The position numbers were made by a program, and so were the translations under genes. Positions 26,512-38,000 of a stretch of 64,000 nt of DNA are shown here, piece after piece. Where the stretch lies: contig JBHGNT010000004.1 in NCBI GenBank assembly GCA_043228905.1, positions 19,034,001 through 19,098,000 on the forward strand, written 5' to 3'. Source of the stretch: Azolla caroliniana (taxonomy: Eukaryota > Plantae > Polypodiophyta). Positions within the stretch are counted from its first letter, which is position 1. Every line of letters starts with the position of its first letter. Under the pieces are notes generated by a model, which had not been told where the DNA came from, searched no databases, and saw nothing but the letters and a program-made list of their open reading frames with translations.

Positions 26512-27674
26512 TGTTGGAGTCTGAGACATGGTAAAACATTTGCATTTCGGGAAATGCTCGAAAGACATAGGAAAGCATTTGCATTCTATCCAAATGAAAT
26601 CGGATGCGCATATCCAAGGATAATAGAACCGATGGTGATATTCACAATACCACATGTGTCGTGGAACCTGAAACAGATACCAGTCCCAAGAACACACATT
26701 CTAAAATTAATCAATCTCTTGAAAGAGAAGGTCGAGATGGGAATTCTAGAACCGTCGAATGCTCCTTACTCAAATAGGTGGTTCACGGTACCAAAGAAGA
26801 ATGGAACCTTAAGGTTCATACAAGGTCTTCAATCAGTGAATAAAGTTACGATTCGCAATGCCAGAATTGGTCCAAGTATCGATGAGTTTGCGGAAGCATT
26901 TGCGGGAAGGTCCATTTATTCTATTGGTGATCTCTACTCAAGCTACAATCAATTTCAACTAGCAGTCGATAACAGAGACATCATGACAACAATGAGGACC
27001 TCGATTGGATTGGTACAGATGTGCACCCTACCGCAACGTGCAACCAACTTTGTAGCACACATGGTGAATGCCATGAACAAAGTACTAAGAGACTGTATCC
27101 CAAATATTACGATGCCTATGAAGATTTGTAGAAGATTTGTTTCAAACCATATTGAAGATTGTGAGATAGTGCTACAAAGACTAGAAGGAGCAGGGCTCAC
27201 ATTCTCCGGAGAAAAGTCGGCATTCGGCCAACGTGAGGTCCTAGTAGTGGGACATCTTGGCGGACCATATGAACGAAAATCCTCTCATGAGAAGGTGAAT
27301 GCTATTCAAGAGATGCGAGAAGAATGTATATCCCAGACAGAGGTGCGAAGATTCTTGGGAATGTGTACCTTTTATCATATCTGGATTCCGCACTACACTC
27401 ATGTCATCGAGCCATTATATGGATTGCTGAAAAAAAGGAAGAAGTTTGAATGGCAAGAGGAGCATACAAATGCGATTCGAAGATTGAAGAAACTACTTCT
27501 TGAAACTCCAACACTAAGAAAGGCTGACTAAACCGAAGGAAAACCAATTTATGTGATTGTGGATACGAGCCCAACTGGAATTGGGTGGGTCATCAACCAA
27601 GAAGGAGAAGATAGCACATGGTATGCCATCCGATTTGGAGCAAAGGTCCTAAGAGAACAACAACGAGGATACGT

Positions 27675-28653
27675 TGTCGCAAAGTTTCATGTGCGTGTGT
27701 TGCTCGAATCGGGACCACCGGGGCCTTGAACCGGGGAGACAAAAGTAGTGAGGAAGTGGGAGATCAAGACAAAGACATGGGCAATTTATACACAAGTTAG
27801 CTTTAATACCATGATTTCGGTGGGTTTTTTTTACATAGAATCCATTTCATGATTAATAAAAAGGGTTTTTGTTTTTCTTTAGAATTGCTAGGCTTGACAC
27901 CATGATTTTAGTGGTTTTTACAACGATCAGTTATCAAATAATCAAAGGCTAAAATAATCTAGCAAAGGCGAGTCTAGTGGGCTCCGAGCTTGACTACTTC
28001 CAATGGCTATGTTGCCTCGATTCGGAGTAGCCCTCGTGCCACTACAACCTCCCTTACACCACTGGCCACCGAGTTTACTACCACCGAGATGCCGAAGAAG
28101 TTGATGTATAAGGAATCAAAGCCCTAAAATCTATAGAGTAAGAAGTATAATAGAGGCAAAACTCTCAAACCCTAAAATCCTAACTCCTCTAGTATGTTGA
28201 GGAGAAAAGAAGAAAAGTAGAAAGAAGAAGCTCTCAAACCCTAACCCTAGAAGGAAAAGAAGAAGGAGAAAGGGATAAGGAGAAAGGAATGCTACAAAAC
28301 CCTAACCCTAGAAGAAGAGGAGAAGATGAAACCCTAGTGGTACACCCCTACGGCAAAATGGGCGACCCCCAAATAAGCCCTATCCCTCCTCTATAGAGGA
28401 AAGAGGAGCTTATTTTAACATTACATGCTCTTCTTCTTCTTTTTACCTTTATCACAAAAATGGAAGGGGAACAAAATATTCCTTGATTTGTAGGAAAAGA
28501 GACTCAAACTCTACACCTCTCTAGATATACTTATAAGTTTTAACCACTACGCTACTACAAGTTACTTATTGTTATTTATTTATTTGTACATTATTTCATG
28601 AGATGTGAGTGGAACCTCGGTTTTTCTCACGCCACACACGCCACACCACAACA
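27675..28653 (-). mobile_element. Solo LTR (979 bp) inserted in the Gypsy RNase H
   Basis: TG...CA ends, perfect 4-bp TSD ACGT. Removal restores QRGYVQVKREL. Carries the reverse complement of the GC-rich LTR-end motif. Confidence 0.9.
28500..28554 (-). promoter_or_regulatory. tRNA-like A/B-box module in LTR
   Basis: TAGCGTAGTGGTTAA...GAGGTGTAGAGTTTGAGTCT, spacing 44 nt. Confidence 0.6.
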
Positions 28654-30645
28654 ACGTCCAAGTCAAGCGGGAACTCTAGGGTATCGTGTCTACAGTGAAG
28701 GTAGACAAGGACTACATGATCGAGTTGGAAGTGATAATGGAGACAGATTGTCTCCCAATCCTTAGGATGATCTCAGGATGTGCAACACCAGATTTGGTTA
28801 TGCTAAGGTGGATCGCTTATATCAAGTCTTTGAACCCAGAGATCCACCACATCGTAGGAAAGAACAACGCCATGGCTGATATGCTGTCAAGAGCAAGATT
28901 CGAGAATGAAAGTGACATGGTTTCATAGGATGAAGACGTCACCCTCGACTTCTTCAAGACGGCCCCGATTGTCAACGGAAGACAAAGGCACGCCAACCCT
29001 CCACGCTTTCAACGAGAACGAGTATGAAGGAGAGGGTTACTGATCGGCAGGTTCTTGAGAACAATGACGACGGATGCCTCGTGGTCGAAGGAGGAGGCTC
29101 CACGAATCCGGAAGAAAGCTTATCAGTACTTTCTGAAGTGAGGATTTCATTGGCACGGGAATGCCACGTTGAGTAGTGGTGAAGAGAGAGGACCAAGCAA
29201 TGCTGATGTCTGAATTCCACGAGAGTCCTTGGGCAAGTCATAGAGGAACATGGGAGACGTTCGAAAAGCTGAAGGAGAAGTACTGGTGGCTGAGCATGTA
29301 CAAAGATGTACTTCATTTTGTGTCCACATGCGAAAACTGCCAAGTACATTTGAACATACGTCACCGTGATGAGTTGCGACCGACATACCCACTCACCATA
29401 CATTTCAAATTGATGGTGGATATGGTCTCGATGCCAATGGGAGTGGGACAGATGAAGTACTTGGTACTCGCAACAGAAGACCTGACAAATCATGTGGAAG
29501 AATGAGCCTTGGCAAATAAGACGATGTCAGCCATTTGCAAATTTCTACTCGATACAGATGTGTGGGAAAGATAGTGGCCGACCAAGGGGAGCTGGATGCA
29601 CACAAAGCAATGGAGCTCTTCGAGCAACTAGGCATGAAGCTCTCCCTCACGACTGCCTACAATCCGGAATCGAATGGGAAGATCGAGCGAGGGCATGGAC
29701 CGATAGTCAAAGCCATCGAATGAGCATGTGACTGTTGAGTTGGGAATTGGCCGCGACTATTGCTCTATGCCTTGTGGCCCGATAGAACTACGCACAGTTT
29801 TGTGACAGGGTATATGCCGACAGAGCTTATGTATGGACGGAAGCTGGTAATGCCCATCGAAAGGGCGATCGCCTCATGGGTAGCGATACCATGGGAGAAC
29901 AATATGAGCCGAGAAGAATTATTGGCAGCACAGATAAGGCAGCTCGAAAGAAGGCCCAAAGATCTAGAAAATGCACGAAAGATAATGGAGGTAGCCCGAG
30001 TGAAGAACAAGATTCGGTTCGATAAGACGCATCGACTACGTCCCAAGGAGATCGAAGAAGGAGATTGGGTATTGGTCTACGACAACAGCCTTGACAACCA
30101 ACACAAGACGACAAGAAAGTTCGCAAGAAGATGGTTTGGACCGTATGTGGTGACGAGTGCCAATGACAACGCCACCTACCACCCATCGCAGGGAAAAGAG
30201 TAAAGATCTTCAAGAAAAGACAAGACGAGGGTCGTAACCTCGATCACCTCAATGATGAAGATAATAGGGCGGAACCCGCAAACATGAGCGAGGGTAACGA
30301 GGATGTGGAGGAATTTGATTGATCACCATAGCCGAAATCTCACACTCTCTTCTTAGCACATAACATAGGACGTGCGGTTTGGTGGGGGTGGATGTAGTGA
30401 AAATTTCGGCAACAACATGAAAATCACGCAGAAGGGACAAAATTGAGAAGGTGCAATGTGCGCGCGTTTGGAAGGGGTGATGGTCACACATGTTCTCTAG
30501 CATGTTGTAAATAAGACTGAAATGAGAATCGTAAAAGGAAGGCTAGATGTAAAGTTAAACATATGCACATTTCTCAAACACTTGTAAATATAAAAATAAG
30601 ACTAAAGCCTATTAACATTTGAGTGCATACAGAGGGGTGCAAGCA

Positions 30646-30700
30646 AGGTTTAAACCTTACACCTCCAAGATAGGAGACAAATGACTTATCACTAAAGCTA
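30646..30700 (-). promoter_or_regulatory. tRNA-like A/B-box module in the Gypsy 3' LTR
   Basis: TAGCTTTAGTGATAAG...GAGGTGTAAGGTTTAAACCT, spacing 44 nt. Homologous to 5101-5154. Confidence 0.6.
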
Positions 30701-31137
30701 CTATTGAGTGCTTTAGATTTTATATATATTTTTCTCATATTGAGTATTCTATAAGAATATAAACGTATAAAACTGTGTGCACAAAACCATGGTTTAAGCC
30801 TATGGTTTTGTGCATGTCATAAGCAAACCCATGTGCACAAAATCATGGTTTTAGCCCATGGTTTGTGCATGTTACAAGCATGGAGAGACCTATAAAAGCC
30901 TCTAGTTGGGCTTGTGTAAAGGGCTATGTATTGAATCAAGAACTTAAGAATAATAAAATCATAGTAATGTCATTGGTCTTGTCTCTCAAAACTTGAAGTC
31001 AAGGGTTCAACGTCAAAATTGGAATCTATCTATCTTAAATACTTTCTCTCTTATGCTAGTAAAAAAGTTGAATCCTTCCGGTTCAGGACCCCGGCGGTCC
31101 CGCTTCATTTCATGAACGCTCGAAGATTTCTTCGACA

Positions 31138-32487
31138 ATGTTTTCAGCCTCGATTGAACTTCCTTAGACTCATCTTTGACGAGCTGGAGGTTGAGGCCAT
31201 TTTGATGTGACTCAACTAGTTGGAAGGTTTTGTCTAGAGGTGGCTACTATGGATGCAATCGGCTAGTTCACCCAAATTTGATCTAGCCAAATTGGGCACA
31301 AACTTGGTCGATTGTTCGGTCAATTTTGCTCGAAGTGGCTACGACCAAGTGTGGAGCAGAGTCGACTGGTCTCTCCATTGTGATGCCTAGCCGATTTGAG
31401 CATCGTGTTGATTGGATTGTCGATTTTGATTTGATCGCCGATCCTGCTTGAAGTGGCTACAACAACTAAAGGGACAGAATCAACTAATCTTCCCGAATGT
31501 TGCTTGGTTGAGTTAAGCACAAATTAGACTGATCAAAGTGCCAATCACAGTGTTTGTGTGTGCCATTTTTAGTGTCAATCTTGCTCCGAGTGGCTACAAT
31601 AGAGGGAGTCTCTTCTAGCCAGATAGAGCCGATTTGTCTTCGTGAGTCTCTTCTAGCCAGATGGAGCACAAATGATGTCAGATTTGAAATCTATTCTACT
31701 TCGATTTGTTACAACAATTGAGTGGGCAACGCCGACTAGCCCGTCTGAATGTTGCTTAACCTGATAAGGCACGAACAATACTTGTTTGAAGTAGGTTCCA
31801 CTCCAAGTCGTTGCGATCACAGGAACCATGTGTGGCCAACTGGCCTACTTGGGAGGTGATCTAGCTTAGTGGAGTGCAGACCAACTAGTGTCTTTCTTCT
31901 CTTCTCTTGATGGTTGTTGAACTTCGTGCCTTCAAGATGACAAGGGCAAGGATACTGTTAAGGATAGATGACAACCAATAGCGAGTTGAAGGACCTCTGC
32001 TATGATACCAGATGTTGGATTCTGAGACCGTCAATGCGGAAACATGAACAACATCTATGCTAAGAAGATTAACAAGTTAAAGCAAGATCAAGAAGGCAGA
32101 GAGAGAGAGAGAGAGAGAGGCACACAATGGAGCTCAGTTGGTATGTTGCCCAATGGAGACCAGGTGGTCATGGGTTCAACCCCTACATTCCACAGTGGCA
32201 TCTAGTGAATTAAGAGATATATAAGAAGTATATGAGGAAGTTGGGTTTCAAACCCAAAATACAGTGCTTGTAATGCTAACAACTTACCACTAGGGTAAGG
32301 TAATTACAATAAGTAAAAAAGAGAGAGACACATAATGTAACAGTCTTATTCCAAAAATAGTTACAATACAAGAATGACACTATCAACCCCATGAGCTAGG
32401 TTACAAAGCCAATTATATACTAATTGGGCCAGGGAAACTGCCCTTTGACATAATTACAAAATTCTCCTAAACCTAGTTTGTCCAAAG
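31138..32487 (-). mobile_element. 5' part of a minus-strand LTR element with Met PBS (31999-32010) and LTR at about 32013-32487
   Basis: Minus strand TGGTATCATAGC next to an LTR beginning (plus) TGTTGGATTCTGAGAC. The matching stub TGTTGGAGTCTGAGAC at 26512 marks the other LTR. Confidence 0.7.
32130..32297. promoter_or_regulatory. Two convergent tRNA-like A/B-box modules in one LTR (32130-32183 +, 32244-32297 -)
   Basis: GAGCTCAGTTGGTA...GTGGTCATGGGTTCAACCCC and TACCCTAGTGGTAAG...GGTTTGAAACC, each with 43-nt spacing. Confidence 0.7.
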
Positions 32488-32795
32488 GAATAGTGTGAAT
32501 ACGACCATTATACACTCGTATTCGACTCACTCGCTACAAGAGTTGATCACCACAATATTAGAGTCTCAACATAGTCGATAATCCATCAAATGAGGGTAGT
32601 TAGGCCTCATATCTATAGCCAAACCTAAGGCCACCAGGCAAGTTCACACTTGGCCTTCATGGGCTGTCTCAATCTCTAGGATTAAAAGTAATCCTCCCTT
32701 CTTTACAATCTTGGTTAACCCTCACAAGTTATCCTCGTGTGTAGAATACTAAGGTACAACTTCCCATGGGATATTATATAGTCATGCCCGTAATA
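32488..32795 (-). mobile_element. 5' half of the split chromovirus solo LTR
   Basis: Reverse-complement match to 39762-40018 (GGCCAAGTGTGAACTT..., TGTTACGGGCATGAC). Confidence 0.8.
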
Positions 32796-35096
32796 GGTAT
32801 CCTCAGAGCCCAAACCACCGCTGCATTATGCACACGAGGGATATGCAATGTATTATAATGTCAAGCGTTATACTCTCATTCCAACGACCTCTTTTCATAA
32901 AGAGTATTGTTATATTGTGCCCTTGGTTCATTTATTGTTAGTATGTTTTCGCAACAGTGTTACTGTGGGAGTATATATATGTATATCATTGGTGTTCACA
33001 CTCTCATATAATTTATCTATGCTAAGAGCAATCCTATTACAAGGAGTATATATACGTATTATCGTTGGTGTTCATACTCTCATATATATATATATGTTAA
33101 GAGCGAATCTTATTAAAAGTTTAAAGGAGTATAGTTGTTGTATGATTGATTACATGCCCAACCATATTTTTTTCTTCTTTATATATTTATGATGTCTCAC
33201 ATGGAATACATAATAATATTCACATGAGATCTTGCGTGAAGAGGAAGGTGGTTTTGTGTGTATTTATTATTATCAGACACTACCCCCCCCCCCCCTTCTT
33301 CCAAAACAGTAGTTTTGAGTATTTAATTACCAGATGCCCCCCCCCCCCCTTTCTTCCAAAACAGTAGTTTTGAGTATTTAATTACCAGATACTGCTGCTA
33401 TCCTTGACGTGAAAAGAGTAGTTTTTGTGTATTTTTAATTTATTATCAGATTCTGCCCCTACGTGAAAAACAGTAGTTTTCTTTATTATTACTATTAACC
33501 TCTCTCAGAGCTTTCTTTCACTCCTGCTTTCATTCTCATCTTCTTTCTTTCTGCTTCGTCTGTTCTCCGTTTGGATCCAACAGATCATCGACCTTCGCCT
33601 CCCCCACAATCCATTCTGCTTCCCAAGTTTCTTCTCTTTTGCTTTCTCTGAGCCCCTCCTGCCATGTCTCAATTTAGATCCAACTGATCAACCACCCCGC
33701 ACTTGCTTCTCAGGTACGACCTTCCTAACCTAAAATTTTCTCCTTCAAAATTTCTTTCTTTCGATCTTATAGAAACGTTTCTATTCATTTAACTTTTGGA
33801 TGTTCTTCGGATCCTCTGTCTTCTGAATCTTGATATTTTTTATATGCATTCGTCATTGACGCGTGATTTTCTGCTTCATGGGAACATAAGTATTTCTCGA
33901 AAAAAAATGAAACTTGACTGCAACGTTTCCACTGCTAGTTAGGAAAATCTCTTCTTCAATCAATTATTTCTTTGTTAGGACTCTCCCTTCTTCAATTAAT
34001 TATTTCTTTGATCAACACGATGTGATTTTCTTATTGGGTTTCATTATGTAGATCTCATCCCTTTGACGTTTCTTTTGTTTCTGTCATGTGATCTAAGAGC
34101 GTTACTACCTTTAAGAATGCATTATATTGAATTTTTAATAGTCTTGATCAAAATGTCGTCTTTTTGTCATGATTTTTCTTGTTATGTAGATTTCAGCGTT
34201 GTTATCATGATCATTATGATGTAGTTTTGTTACGTCTCTTTCTGTGCAAGGTTTCAGCTCAGTACAACGGTCTATGCTTCTTTTATGGTTTCTATGCGAT
34301 TAAAAAATTGTACAACTTCCGTGAATGCATTATCTTGATCAAAATGTAGTCGTTTTTGGTCTTCTTATACAGGTTTCAGCACAGTGCAGTTTCTTATGCT
34401 TTTATTATTATGTTTTTACCTGATTCAAGCATTTTACTACCTCTAAGAATGTATTACCTTCATCACAATGATGTGTTTTTTTTTTTGTTTTTCTAATGCA
34501 TATTCAGCACAATCAGATTTTTTATTCTTCTGTTACATTGTTCTTGTACGTGATTTTAAGAAAAATTCCTGCCTTAAGATTTTCATGCATTTTTCTATGC
34601 TTATAGTTATGCATTACCTTGACCATTTTCAGAGTGTTGATTAAATGATTAGTTAGTTTTGCAATAACTTTTCTTATGTAGATTCAGCATAATGTTGTTT
34701 CTGATGCCTGTGTTATGTTTTTGTATAATGTTTTGAACTCTTTTCCTAGCTTAAGCTTTTATGAGATTTTGTAATGGCTTCATGTACGCTTCTAAGGGTT
34801 CATTGCTGTGAATGTTTTCAGAGAGTTAGGAACATATAAAAGCATCAGAATGTGTGGCACCATGATCGTCAGCCACATGGCTGGTTCGAGATATTCATAA
34901 TTCTAGAGGATTAGATACTAATCTGTAGATTAACATCTAATGAACTTCAGAAGGTTCTAATAAACTGTATGCCTTGCTTAACTGACTAATGATGTATCTC
35001 ATGCTTACCAAAATTTGTTGGATTTAGGAGGGGTTTGCTGCTATCCGTGTTTCTTTAGGCAAATGTAGGACACCAGAAGAGAGAAGATAAGCACAT

Positions 35097-38000
35097 ATGA
35101 TTAGAGGTGTTTATATGGCATGGAACGTGTTCAAGTGGTGCAAAGGGCTCAAAGCACTTGGCTCCTTGATGATAGTTGCAGTTCTTGCCATTGTAGCTGT
35201 GACATATTATTCTATCGTCATTCTGATCTATGGTCCACAGCTTGTAAGGGGACATGCATTGTTAGCTGCAATACCGATATTGTTGTGTTTCCATGCACTA
35301 GTAAGTTTTCTTTGAGATGTTAGAAACCCTTGTCTTTCTGGACCTTATTTTATTTTGAATCTTTGTGCTTTTTCTTGAGAAGAAAGATTGAAAACCTTAA
35401 TTTATGTCAAGAAGGATGATTGAAAACCTTATTTCTTTACAAACTGTGTGCATCGTATCGGCAGAAATACTTTCTTCAGTTCTGTATATCTATCGCTCAT
35501 TATAATTAAAAAATAATTACCTGGGTTCCCTAGATTTATAGGAGGCAAAGTTATTAAAAACCTTATGTCATTTACAACCTTTATTCTTTTTATCTCAAGA
35601 AGAATATTTGAAAACGTTATTTCCTTTACGACCTTTATTATTCTTATCTCAAGTAGAGTTGATTGAAAACCTTATTATTTACAGCCTCTGTGCTTTTTAT
35701 CTCAAGAACAATGATTGAAAACTGCATTTATGTAGAATCTTTGTGCTTTTTATCTCAAGAAGAATAATTGAAAAACTTATTCTATTTACAATCTTATTAG
35801 AATACCTTATTTTATTTACAAACTTTGTGATTTTTATCTCAAGAAGACGATCAAAAACTTTATTTGCATTCTCTGTGCTTTTTATCGCAAGAAGAGTTGT
35901 TGAAAATCTTATATTATTTGCAATTTGTGTACTGTTTATCTCAACAAGAATGATTGAAAAATTTCATTGATTTCCATGAAGCTGGTGATGCTTTTATGGT
36001 GCTACTCAATGGCTGTATTTACTGATCCTGGGAGGGTACCAGAAAACTGGAGGCCAATTATTGATGAAGAAGAAAATGAGGCACAACTTGAACCTTTATC
36101 TGCTCCACCTTCGCTAAATGGAGGCAGTGCTAACACAGCTGATAGAACTACAGAGAATGGGTCAACTCGTTTGCCAAACATTCGATATTGCAGAAAATGC
36201 TCTTGCTTCAAACCGCCACGCAGCCATCATTGTTCTGTGTGTGAGTATTGTCTATGGAAAACTATTTTTTGTCTTGACTTTGTCATTTTAAAGCTTGATT
36301 TTTGTTTATTGTTTCAACTTCAAGTTCTCGGGTTGCTGAGTTGGGTGTGTTTTTAGTTTCAGAGAAAGTTTTAGGGGTCTTGTTGAATCTCTAGTAAGGT
36401 CGAAGGGGTTGTGGTGGCTATTCATATGGTAAATGAGAACTAAGATTTTAACTAGCATATCCTTCTGTCTACCATCTTGAGACCATACCTAACAACTTTA
36501 CCACATGTAGAATGATTTCAGCATAGAAGCACGAGCAAGAACTTTAGCAGCTCTATTTTTTTGGATTCTGATCTGGAAGGTCTTGCATAATGGTGCTTTT
36601 CTTTTTGGGATTGAATTTGACAGCACAATGACGACATTGAACTTATTCCCGTGCTAGTTTTAATAGGACCTTCTATGTGTATTATATTTGCACACAAGTC
36701 TGTCCCTTCGCACATCCTCATGTACATTGTTTCGATAGATTTTTAAGCATATTCTATATGTTAAGAACTTGGATAAGTTCTGCCTAGGATCTTGTTATAA
36801 ATGTTGTAGAAGTGCACAGAATGAAGAAAGTTGTGGTTATTTTATGTTGATGTGATGTTTGTAATTGTTGTTGTCCTTCAATAACCTCTCTTTATGTCTC
36901 ATGAATTCTAGCAAGAAATATTCCAAGCACCGTTCATCTTCGTATTCCATTGCCTCAGTGGATCAAAGCCTTGTTTGAAGAGACAGTGGTATCTTTCTCC
37001 TATTTCATAAAAAACAGCACAATTGTAAACATTGTGTTTTTCCAATGCCAACCCTTGATGGCACAATTGGCATATTGCATGCCTATCCACCGATCTCAGT
37101 TCCTAATTGATGTGAAATGATCCTGAGTTGCCTTATTGCACCTTGGAGTACATGAGGTAGACGTCTATCCATATAAGAAGTCTTGATAATAAATCTGTTA
37201 CGGGCATGACCATATAATATCCCGTGGTGAGAATTTACCGTAGTATTCTATACACGTGGATAAAGTGGGAGGGTTAAACGAGAGTGTAAAGAAAGGGAGG
37301 ATTACTTTTAATCCTCGGGATTGAGACAACCCATTAGGCCAAGTGTGAACTTGCCTGGGGGCCTTAGGTCTGGCTATAAATATGAGGCATAGCTACCCTC
37401 ATTTCATCATCTTTTGACTACGTTGAGACTCTGACGTTGTGGTGGGTCTCCAGGGAGCTCGGTATTTTATGAAACTTGATCTCTGTACGAGCTACCATCA
37501 AATTCGTATAAGTGAGGACGATCTTCTTAAAACGACATTTCGTACGCACTATGGCCATTATGAATTTTTTGGTATGCCTTTTGGTTTGACTAATGCTTCG
37601 GCCACATTTTAACAAGAAATGAATGACATTTTCTGAGAAAAAATTGGAAAATTTGTCGTTATTTTCTTGGATGATCTTCTAGTTTATAGTCGTACATTAG
37701 AAGAACATGCTAAACATGTCCTCTTTGTTTTACAAACATTGCGTGACAAACAGTTTTACGCGAAGATCTTAAAATGCGAGTTCTTCAAGAAATCAATTAC
37801 TTATCTTGGACATCTCATAACCAAACGAGTTGAAATTAATCCTTCTCGCATTGAGAAAGTCAAACTTTGGCTCACTCTTCGGAATATTCGAGAAGTTCGA
37901 TCATTCCTTGGTTTTGTTGAGTCTTTATGAAAATCCCTTCGTAATTACTCCCAATTGATGACGTCGTTTACTGATCTTCTAAAAGGTCAAACGCGTAAGT

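Larger units (their letters stand above)
26530..31137 (+). mobile_element. 5'-truncated Ty3/Gypsy (non-chromovirus) RT-RNase H-INT, PPT and 3' LTR 30393-31137
   Basis: PYSNRWFTVPKKNGTLRF, GDLYSSYNQF, TEVRRFLG, NAMADMLSR, HESPWASH..CENCQ, YNPESNGKIER, WFGPY. PPT GGTGGGGGTGGA. LTR TGTAGTG...TTCGACA. Confidence 0.92.

Noticed and set aside
26434-26530. Novel N-terminus on the 365-aa RT ORF
   Set aside because: Chance read-through of LTR fragments across a deletion junction.
33255-33470. Poly-C duplication of about 55 bp upstream of PAT, and a roughly 98-bp duplication near 45878-46070
   Set aside because: Real but ordinary local slippage duplications with no further structure.
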